35,033 nucleotides of DNA from an uncultured Nitrospirota bacterium (GTDB lineage Bacteria > Nitrospirota > Nitrospiria > SBBL01 > CAZOFZ01), in NCBI GenBank assembly GCA_964579175.1, contig CAZOFZ010000001.1, positions 7,549 through 42,581 of the forward strand. The letters are read 5' to 3'. The notes beneath the pieces were generated by a model. The model was not told the DNA's origin and searched no databases. It saw only the letters and a program-made list of their open reading frames with translations. Positions 18,574 to 26,185 of the stretch are shown one piece after another (the first letter of the stretch is position 1; each line of letters begins with the position of its first letter). Position numbers and translations under genes: made by a program.

Positions 18574-21345
18574 GTGACGATGGTCACGACGTGGGATTGG
18601 AGTGGCGCGCGATGGTGGAAATTCGACTTCCACACCCACACGCCAAAATCGGATGACTACGCAGCGAAAGCACTATCGGCGCAAGATTGGGTACTGAACT
18701 ACATGCGTGCGGGGTTGGACTGTGTTGCGATCACGGACCACAACTCCGGCGAATGGATTGACGAACTGAAAAAGGCGGAGGCTGCCCTCGCAGAGGAGAA
18801 ACACGCGGAGTACCGCAAGCTCTACCTCTTTCCCGGAGTCGAATTGTCCGTAAACGGGGGATTCCACGTTCTCGCAATTCTCGATTCCTTCAAAACGTCG
18901 CACGATATTGCCGGGCTGATCGGCGCGTGCGGCTATCACGGGACACCGGGAACGAGTGACGCCGTCACAGAAAAATCATTCGTGCAAGTCGTTGACGAGA
19001 TCGTGAAATTGGGCGGCATTGCCATTCCAGCACATGTCGATCAGCCCAGTGGGTTGTTCAAACTTCAGGGAAACACACTGGAGCAGGCGGTTCGGTGTGA
19101 GCACGTTTTTGCCATGGAGGTGGTCAATCCGAACGTCGGGAAACCGCAGATTTACACCAACGCAAAGCTGTCATGGACGGAGGTTCTTGGTTCGGACGCG
19201 CACCATCCATCCGGCAGCACAGGACAACAATATCCCGGCAGCCGATTCACTTGGGTAAAGATGGGAACGCCCAGCATCGAGGGACTGCGATTGGCGCTTC
19301 TCGACGGGCCGCTGTCGGTCTCGCGCTCCGATGCGACGACGGGCAATCCCAATGACCATGCCGAAATGGTTATTGAGTCCGTTGAAATATCGAAGGCGCG
19401 TTATATGGGCAGGAAGAAGCCTTACGAGCTGCGCTTGAACCCGTGGATGAACGCGGTCATCGGTGGACGAGGAACGGGAAAATCTACCTTAGTCGAGTTT
19501 CTACGCTTGGTCTTGCGGCGGGAAGAGGAGTTAGAGGCGTTAACGGATGTTGTACTGAAATCCGACTTTGAGAAATACAAAACCGTTGATGCAGACCGAG
19601 GCGAAAGTGGCTTGTTAACCCAAGATGCTGAAATCCGTGTCGTGTATCGGAAAGGTGGCGTTTCCTATCGTATCCAATGGAGTCCGAGCGGATTGTTGGA
19701 CCCAATTCAGAGACAGACCGCGAACGGATGGGTTCGGGACGAAGGGGATATCCGCCAACGATTCCCTGTCCGGATGTACAGTCAGAAGCAGGTGTTTCAA
19801 CTGGCCAGCACTCCGCTCGCCTTGCTGCATATCATCAACGACGCTCCCGAGCTGGATTATGCGTCCTGGAAAAAGAGTCTGAACGCCCAAGAAAGCCAGT
19901 ACCTCTCATTGCGAGCCAAGATTCGAGAGATCGAAACGGGGTTGGCGGAGGAATCACGGCTCAAAGGTGAACTGGAAGACGTAAAACGTAAACTTGTGGT
20001 GTTTGAGCAGTCGGGACATGCAGACATCCTCAAGACCCTTCAAAAGAGGCGTCGGCAGCTTCAGGCGGTCGAAGCGTGGGAGGAGCGATTAGGCAACGGG
20101 GGACACCGCTTGCGTGAAATGGCTGAAGAAATAAGCCCAGAAACATTGGACGATGCGACTTTCGACCGGGCCGAGACGGAAGACGCCCGTCTACTTGAAT
20201 TGGCTCGGGATGTCCACGAATCAATTGGCAAGATCGCCGGACAAATCAAGGAGTTGGCCAGGCAGTCGGACACGGTTCTTGTAGAGTGGCGCGGAAAGAA
20301 GGACGGATCCTCATGGAAGGCGGCGGTAGATACCGCCACGGGTGACTACGAAAGCCTGCTAAAACGATTAACGGACGAAGGGGTGGCCGACCCATCGGGA
20401 TATGGTCTCCTCGTCCAACGCCGTCAAGTGATCGAAAAACAACTGGGTGAGTTGGAGGAACGTAAAAAACAAAGCGTGATCCTGAAAATACAGGCGGACG
20501 GTGTGTTGGAGTGTGTCGCCGTGCTGCGACAAGCAATTACACGTAAACGAGGGGAGTTTCTGGACAAAGTGCTCAAAGACAATCGGTATGTTCGGATATC
20601 CGTTGTTCCCTATGGCTCAAAGGAAACGGTCGAGACAGAATTGCGTCGTTTAATTCAACGAGATTCTGGGGGGTTCGAGAAGGATATTGGCAGACCGGAG
20701 CCGGATGGCGAAGGTTTGCTTGGCAAGATTTACAAGAATAATCCGACTGACGCCGAGCTGGAAAAGAGATTGGTCGCCCTGAAGCACAACCTCCGAGAAA
20801 TCGCGTGTAACCCGCAGCAAGCCGACGTTTCTGATCGGCGTTTTGCAGTGCACGTTTCCAAACTTTCACCCGAGACATTGGATCGGCTGGACCTCTGGTT
20901 TCCGGATGACTCCCTGAAGATCGAGTACAGCACATCTGCGGACCAGGGGGTATTCCGTCCCATTCACGAAGGATCGCCGGGCCAAAAGACAGCTGCTCTG
21001 CTGGCCTTCCTGCTTTCCTACGGGGAGGAACCACTTATTCTGGATCAACCGGAAGACGACCTCGACAACCACTTAATTTACGATTTGATCGTCACCCAAC
21101 TGCGCGACGTCAAACGACGCCGACAGGTGATCGTCGTCACGCACAACGCAAACATTGTCGTGAACGGCGACGCCGAGTACGTGGTCGCCCTGACCGCACG
21201 TGGCAGACAATCTCAAGTGGAGGCAGACGGTTCCCTTCAGGACAAGGCCGTTCGGCAGACCATCTGCAACGTCATGGAAGGGGGAGAAAAGGCGTTTGAG
21301 CAACGCTACCGCCGCATTGCATTGGAGGGGCGACATGTACGATAG
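18574..21345 (+). CDS. PHP-domain phosphoesterase fused to an SMC/ABC-like ATPase with coiled-coil insert (Ppl-like candidate defence protein)
   Basis: PHP metal motifs: FHTHT (aa 19-23), ITDHN, GVE, FHVL, PAHVD, SDAHH. Walker A GGRGTGKST (nt 19462-19488). About 250 aa of charged heptad-like sequence. Signature-like SPGQK (20974-20988), Walker B LILDQPEDDLD (21034-21066), VIVVTHNANI. GTG at 18574, or ATG at 18580 after GAGG. Confidence 0.8.
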   Translation: MTMVTTWDWSGARWWKFDFHTHTPKSDDYAAKALSAQDWVLNYMRAGLDCVAITDHNSGEWIDELKKAEAALAEEKHAEYRKLYLFPGVELSVNGGFHVLAILDSFKTSHDIAGLIGACGYHGTPGTSDAVTEKSFVQVVDEIVKLGGIAIPAHVDQPSGLFKLQGNTLEQAVRCEHVFAMEVVNPNVGKPQIYTNAKLSWTEVLGSDAHHPSGSTGQQYPGSRFTWVKMGTPSIEGLRLALLDGPLSVSRSDATTGNPNDHAEMVIESVEISKARYMGRKKPYELRLNPWMNAVIGGRGTGKSTLVEFLRLVLRREEELEALTDVVLKSDFEKYKTVDADRGESGLLTQDAEIRVVYRKGGVSYRIQWSPSGLLDPIQRQTANGWVRDEGDIRQRFPVRMYSQKQVFQLASTPLALLHIINDAPELDYASWKKSLNAQESQYLSLRAKIREIETGLAEESRLKGELEDVKRKLVVFEQSGHADILKTLQKRRRQLQAVEAWEERLGNGGHRLREMAEEISPETLDDATFDRAETEDARLLELARDVHESIGKIAGQIKELARQSDTVLVEWRGKKDGSSWKAAVDTATGDYESLLKRLTDEGVADPSGYGLLVQRRQVIEKQLGELEERKKQSVILKIQADGVLECVAVLRQAITRKRGEFLDKVLKDNRYVRISVVPYGSKETVETELRRLIQRDSGGFEKDIGRPEPDGEGLLGKIYKNNPTDAELEKRLVALKHNLREIACNPQQADVSDRRFAVHVSKLSPETLDRLDLWFPDDSLKIEYSTSADQGVFRPIHEGSPGQKTAALLAFLLSYGEEPLILDQPEDDLDNHLIYDLIVTQLRDVKRRRQVIVVTHNANIVVNGDAEYVVALTARGRQSQVEADGSLQDKAVRQTICNVMEGGEKAFEQRYRRIALEGRHVR

Positions 21346-22588
21346 CCCAGAGGCATTACTCCGACAGATTCGTTTGGGAGAAGACACGTCGCTCGAGTTA
21401 AAGGCCGTTTACTTCAAGGGCGACCGAGTTTCCGATCCCAAGAAGGAAAGCCTTGCCGACGAAATCGCGGCCATTGCCAACGCGCACGACGGCGTCCTGG
21501 TTTTTGGTGTCAACGACAAGACGCGGGAGATCGACGGCATTCCCGTGGAGAAACTGGAGTCGGTGGAACGTTACGTTTTTGAGGCTTGTACTGACAGCAT
21601 CAAGCCATCCGTGATGTTTCGCTCATTTCGCATGGAAATACCCGATAGCGCCGGGACGCCCCGGGCCATTCTCAAGGTGGAGATCCCCCGCAGTCTCTTT
21701 GTTCACAAAAGTCCCGGCGGCTACTTCTCCCGTCAAGGGAGTTCGAAGCGTGAGATGCCGTCGGACTATCTTGTGCGATTGCTCCAGCAGCGTAGCCAAG
21801 CCCGGTTAATCCGCTTCGAGGAGCAAGTCGTTCCCGGAACAAGCCCAACCGATTTGTCCGAGACGCTTTGGCGGCGGTACACCACGCGCTCTGCAGAACC
21901 CGCTGACATTGTGCTTCTGAAGCGTAATCTCTTGTCGAAAGAAGAGAATGGGGACATTCGATGCTCGGTCGCTGGAATTTTATTGTGCTGTGAAAACCCA
22001 GAACGATTTCTGTCGAGCGCGTTTATCGCAGCCGTTCGTTATCGAGGCACGCGACAGGATTCGAATTATCAAATGGATGCGCAAACGATCGTCGGCCCGC
22101 TCGACGCGCAAATCCATCAGGCCATGCTGTTTCTTGCGCGGAATCAGTCCGTGACCGCGATCAAGGTGCCTCATCGCGTCGAGACCCCACAATTCAGCAA
22201 ACGCGCAGTCTTCGAAGCCATCGTCAACGCCGTCGCCCACCGCGACTACTCTATTGCAGGGTCGAAGATCCGGTTTTTCATGTTCGACGACCGGCTCGAA
22301 ATCTATTCCCCCGGCGCACTGCCGAACACCCTAACCGTCGAGAGTCTGGCGCTCCGGCAGGCGACCCGGAATGAACTGATTACGAGTTTACTGGCGGAGA
22401 CCCCTATTGCCGAAGCCGTTGGTAACGTTGGACGATCCTCCTTCATGGAGAAGCGGGGCGACGGGGTTCCCATTATTCTCCGTGAGAGTACAGAGTTGAG
22501 CGGTCAAGAGCCGAAATATCGGCTGATCGATGATAGCGAATTGCTTCTGACTATTTGGGCGGCAAGACAAGGCTCTGTTTCAGAGTGA
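21335..22588 (+). CDS. Schlafen/AlbA_2-domain + HATPase_c_4-domain protein (often annotated as RecG-like putative regulator)
   Basis: ATG at 21335 preceded by GGAGGGG, overlapping the upstream stop by 11 nt. N-terminal E..SLELK....LADEIAAIANAHDGVLVFGVND..REIDGI (AlbA_2). C-terminal VFEAIVNAVAHRDYSIAGSKIRFFMFDDRLEIYSPGALPN...RNELITSLL...EKRGDGVPII (HATPase_c_4). Confidence 0.8.
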   Translation: MYDSPEALLRQIRLGEDTSLELKAVYFKGDRVSDPKKESLADEIAAIANAHDGVLVFGVNDKTREIDGIPVEKLESVERYVFEACTDSIKPSVMFRSFRMEIPDSAGTPRAILKVEIPRSLFVHKSPGGYFSRQGSSKREMPSDYLVRLLQQRSQARLIRFEEQVVPGTSPTDLSETLWRRYTTRSAEPADIVLLKRNLLSKEENGDIRCSVAGILLCCENPERFLSSAFIAAVRYRGTRQDSNYQMDAQTIVGPLDAQIHQAMLFLARNQSVTAIKVPHRVETPQFSKRAVFEAIVNAVAHRDYSIAGSKIRFFMFDDRLEIYSPGALPNTLTVESLALRQATRNELITSLLAETPIAEAVGNVGRSSFMEKRGDGVPIILRESTELSGQEPKYRLIDDSELLLTIWAARQGSVSE

Positions 22589-22632
22589 AGCAAGGCAGCG
22601 TTCCACCCTCTTCACCGAGGCAATGCGGGGCG

Positions 22633-22662
22633 TTGACATGGATTCTGGGGGGCTTGTATGAT
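22633..22662 (+). promoter_or_regulatory. sigma70-like promoter for the OFOR operon
   Basis: TTGACA (22633-22638), 18-nt spacer, TATGAT (22657-22662), 30 nt upstream of the ATG at 22693, which has a GGAGGGGG SD. Confidence 0.45.
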
Positions 22663-22692
22663 GCTGCTGGATGCAACATTGGAGGGGGCTGG

Positions 22693-23442
22693 ATGACGAC
22701 AACGGAACGGATCGCACCTAAATATCGCGTACTCCCTGGACCGGAGGGGCTGCTGCCTCCCGCTGCGGCGGCAATGGGGGTTGTGCTGCCGGAAGAGGGG
22801 GAAGGACTGCTCGAAGGTTCCATCGTGAGCGAAGACGAGGCGATGGCGGCGGCGGCGGTGGCCATGCTCACCCGAAAAAATCCGACCCTCTTTCCCGGGC
22901 CGCTCATGCTGTGGGGCTGGACCGAACACACGCGCGAAAAGGCGGCGCCGTTTTTTGAGGTGGCCCACGAGATTCCGGGTGTGCGGATCATCCCCATGCC
23001 AGATTATCGCCCCATCTACCCCAAGATCGATCCCGAAGCGGTGATCAACCCTTGCCATCCAAACCTTACCATCTGGCACAACAAAATCGAGGCCTGCGTC
23101 CTGATCGGCGTGCATTGCCACTTCGCCAACGTCACGCTCAAAATGATCCGTGCCGGCACCAATTGCTTCACGATCGCCCTTTGTGCCGAGGCGGGTCACG
23201 AAGACGCGATGATGTCCGTCCCGAATGTAGACGCCGGCAAGATCGCAAAATTTGCCGAAGCCCTTCGACGGGTCAAGCGAAATGGCATCAGGCCTCTTTA
23301 CGAGGGACATGGCATTATCCCCTCTGGCTGGGCGCAGATCGCGGGCCTGACCGGCGCCGACATCGAGAAACCGCAGGAAGAGATGATCCATGCCGGGCTT
23401 TCGCACGACCTCGAACGGGGTCTCGACGAAAACGAGGAGTAG
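22693..23442 (+). CDS. putative epsilon-type accessory subunit of five-subunit 2-oxoacid:ferredoxin oxidoreductase
   Basis: 249-aa ORF (trimmed to the SD-preceded ATG) with no cofactor motif I recognise. Assigned from size and position at the head of the alpha/beta/gamma/delta cluster. Confidence 0.45.
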   Translation: MTTTERIAPKYRVLPGPEGLLPPAAAAMGVVLPEEGEGLLEGSIVSEDEAMAAAAVAMLTRKNPTLFPGPLMLWGWTEHTREKAAPFFEVAHEIPGVRIIPMPDYRPIYPKIDPEAVINPCHPNLTIWHNKIEACVLIGVHCHFANVTLKMIRAGTNCFTIALCAEAGHEDAMMSVPNVDAGKIAKFAEALRRVKRNGIRPLYEGHGIIPSGWAQIAGLTGADIEKPQEEMIHAGLSHDLERGLDENEE

Positions 23443-23553
23443 GGGCGTACTCTGTTGTCTGATCGCCCGATGGGTGCCCCCGTTGCAGGGATGCTATGAA
23501 CGCGCGGAGTGCGCAACGGACGAATTCCCCGCAGATTGCAAAGGAGAAGGAAG

Positions 23554-24792
23554 ATGAGCGAAGCGTTGGTCGAAGAGGTTAAGACGAATCCGCAGGGGGA
23601 TGTTATCACGGTGGCAGCGCCGGTAACCAAGGAAGCGAAGAAAGGGGCGGCTGCGCAGCGGGTCGTGGATCCCGACTATTTGATTCTCAAGGCCCCGCGC
23701 GAGAAGACGTTCATCACCGGCAGCGAGGCGGCCAAAGAGGCCATTCGCCGCGCCAATGTGGATATTGCCATCTCCTATCCCATCACGCCGCAGAGCGAAA
23801 CGATGCAGCAGGTGGGCTATCTTTACGCCGAGGGCTACATTAAGGATTACTACCGGGGCGAAGAGGAGTACGGCGTGATGTCGGCTATCGCGGGGGCGTC
23901 GCGGTCGGGGGCGCGTTGCCTGACGGCGACTGCGGGACCGGGTCTTATGCGCGGTTTGGAGGTGATCGCTTCGTGGCCGGGAGGGCGGCTCCCCACCATG
24001 CTGCTGATTATGTGCCGCGTGATCAACGCGCCGCTGGCGATCCAACCCGACAACATCGAGCTGTCGTACATGCTCAACACCGGCTGTCTCCTGCTTCATG
24101 CCGAAAATCAGCAGGATTTTTTCGATTACCCGCTGATTGGCTACATGGTGGGCGAAAAGCCGGAGGTGACGTTACCGGTGGCGGTGGCCGTGGACGGCTT
24201 CTTCGTGACCCACGCGCGTGGATGGGTTCGGCTGCCGGAGGCGGGGATCAAACTGCCGCCACGCACCTGCTATCACGAAGCGGTTCCGATGATGGACAAC
24301 GAAAATCCCCCTATCCGGATTTCCCGCGATGCCCCGATTCAGAAGTCCAACTTCATCTCCTATCAGATGCATGCCTCCTGGCAGCAGGAGGTCTGGGCGG
24401 CGGCGGAACGCGCCCGAAAGTGGCTGGACCGCTGGTTGGGTGGGCTGATCGAGGTAGTCAATCCGACGGCCCGCACCATGATCGTGGCCTCTGGCGCGGC
24501 CGTGTCGCAATCCCGCGAGGCGGTGCGCCAGTCGCAGGAGCAGGGAAAGGATGTGGGCCTGATCAAGATCAAGTCCATCCGGCCATTTCCCGCGCAGGAG
24601 CTCATCGCGGCGTTGGATCACGCCGAGCGGATCGTCGTCCCCGAATTCAATTACGTCGGCTGGTTGGCCAAAGAGGTCAAGGCCGCGATCCCACGGGCGG
24701 ATCGCGTGGTGGCGGGCCCGCGGGTGTTTGGCGGCATGTCCATGCCGACAGAGCTGATCATGGAGTATGTCACGGGAACCACGGGTCGGTAA
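23554..24792 (+). CDS. 2-oxoacid:ferredoxin oxidoreductase subunit alpha (POR/OGOR)
   Basis: ATG at 23554 after AAGGAG. GSEAAKEAIRRANVDIAISYPITPQSE N-terminal signature of Por/Kor alpha. Confidence 0.85.
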   Translation: MSEALVEEVKTNPQGDVITVAAPVTKEAKKGAAAQRVVDPDYLILKAPREKTFITGSEAAKEAIRRANVDIAISYPITPQSETMQQVGYLYAEGYIKDYYRGEEEYGVMSAIAGASRSGARCLTATAGPGLMRGLEVIASWPGGRLPTMLLIMCRVINAPLAIQPDNIELSYMLNTGCLLLHAENQQDFFDYPLIGYMVGEKPEVTLPVAVAVDGFFVTHARGWVRLPEAGIKLPPRTCYHEAVPMMDNENPPIRISRDAPIQKSNFISYQMHASWQQEVWAAAERARKWLDRWLGGLIEVVNPTARTMIVASGAAVSQSREAVRQSQEQGKDVGLIKIKSIRPFPAQELIAALDHAERIVVPEFNYVGWLAKEVKAAIPRADRVVAGPRVFGGMSMPTELIMEYVTGTTGR

Positions 24793-24825
24793 TCCAAATT
24801 CGGTCATCATAATAAGGAGGTCACC

Positions 24826-25713
24826 ATGTCATTGGCGACGGTTCAGGTTGCACCTGGGTTTAAGAACTATCTTCCACGGGAATATCAGGATCTGGTGGAG
24901 GACAGCCAATTTGTCAAAGAGCGGAAGGTCTCGGAAATCGGCTCGTTCAAGGAGCTGGTTGAAGAACATCCGATGTGCGCCGGCTGCGCCATGACGCTGT
25001 TCATCCGGACGACGATCGTGGGTCTGCCGAATCCAGAGCACACCATTATCATCGGTACGGCGGGTTGTGGGCGCCTGGTCCTTTCTCAGACGGCGATCCC
25101 CTTCATCTACGGCAACTATGGCGACACCAACGCCGTGGCCAGCGGCCTCAAACGCGGTCTTGCCACCCGATTTCCGGACCAGCACAAGGACGTGGTGGTG
25201 ATGGCTGGCGACGGGGGGCTTGCCGACATCGGGTTTTCGGCGGTGATGCACTCCTGGTTCCGCAAGGAAAAGTTTACGACCATCATGCTCGACAACGAGG
25301 TCTACGGCAACACGGGTGGGCAGGAGAGCGGCATGACCCAAAAGGGAATGGTGCTCAAGATGGCCCCCAACGGCAAGAAATTCGAGAAGATGGATATGAT
25401 GGGTCTGGCCAAAACGGCGGGGGTGGCTTACATTGCCCGCATCGTTCCCACCAATCCGACGAAGGTGGCGGCCACCGTGCGCAAGGCGGTGCTGCTCGCG
25501 CGCGAAGTGGGGCCGACCTATATTCAGGCCTACACCTCCTGCAATATCGAATATGCGATCCCCACGCCGAAGGTGATGGACGACGCGCGCGAAGTGGAAA
25601 AGGCCCGTTACGGGTTCAGCGAGTACATCAGCGACGAGGCGAAGGAATATTGGGATCACCTGGAAGCCGAACGTCGTAAACTGAAGGCCCCAGCCGCCTC
25701 TGCGGCGGAGTGA
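24826..25713 (+). CDS. 2-oxoacid:ferredoxin oxidoreductase subunit beta (TPP-binding)
   Basis: MCAGCAM, GTAGCGR, and the TPP motif MAGDGGLADIGF...LDNEVYGNTGGQ. AAGGAGG SD. Confidence 0.9.
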   Translation: MSLATVQVAPGFKNYLPREYQDLVEDSQFVKERKVSEIGSFKELVEEHPMCAGCAMTLFIRTTIVGLPNPEHTIIIGTAGCGRLVLSQTAIPFIYGNYGDTNAVASGLKRGLATRFPDQHKDVVVMAGDGGLADIGFSAVMHSWFRKEKFTTIMLDNEVYGNTGGQESGMTQKGMVLKMAPNGKKFEKMDMMGLAKTAGVAYIARIVPTNPTKVAATVRKAVLLAREVGPTYIQAYTSCNIEYAIPTPKVMDDAREVEKARYGFSEYISDEAKEYWDHLEAERRKLKAPAASAAE

Positions 25714-25738
25714 TCGTGAAGCCATTGGGAGTGCGCCC

Positions 25739-26173
25739 GTGATATGGCAGGAACAGGCGGCGGCTTCACATTACCAGACGGCCGTCGCAGTGTCTAAGGA
25801 AATTGCTACAGGCAATATTGCTGAAGGGGTGGCGGGACTGGATGAACTCATAGACGCCGTGGCCCGCTCTGAACGTCGCGCCCTGCGCAGCCATCTGATT
25901 CGCCTGATGGCCCATATTATCAAGTGGAAAAACCAGCCCGCGCGGCGTTCCGGGAGTTGGGCCGTTACGATCCTTCAGGCCCGTGAGGAGATCGCGGCGA
26001 TTCAGGAAGAGGTGCCGAGTCTGACGCGCGAAACGATTTTGGCTCTATGGCCACACTGTTCGGATGCGGCGCGACAGCAGGCGGAAGCCGAGATGGGCCA
26101 GATGGGACAGGATGTTGATCTATCGTGGGATGAGGTCTTCAACGTGACCTACAAAGTCACTTCATTGGGATGA
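25739..26173 (+). CDS. DUF29-family protein
   Basis: ARSERRALRSHLIRLMAHIIKWKNQPARRSGSWAVTILQAREEI matches the DUF29 core as I recall it (GRSEKREL..RL..LL.HLLKW.YQP..RS.SW..TI.EQR). GTG start. Confidence 0.7.
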   Translation: MIWQEQAAASHYQTAVAVSKEIATGNIAEGVAGLDELIDAVARSERRALRSHLIRLMAHIIKWKNQPARRSGSWAVTILQAREEIAAIQEEVPSLTRETILALWPHCSDAARQQAEAEMGQMGQDVDLSWDEVFNVTYKVTSLG

Positions 26174-26185
26174 GGGAGAGATAAG

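Noticed and set aside
18561-22692. Prophage, integrative element or transposon carrying the PHP-ATPase cassette
   Set aside because: No integrase, transposase, tRNA attachment site or flanking direct/inverted repeats could be found by eye. Only the compositional shift supports horizontal origin.
24829-25725. 298-aa minus-strand ORF; similarly 26162..27052 (296 aa) and 23494..24099
   Set aside because: Antisense shadows of the OFOR beta, gamma and alpha genes, whose plus-strand translations carry clear cofactor motifs.
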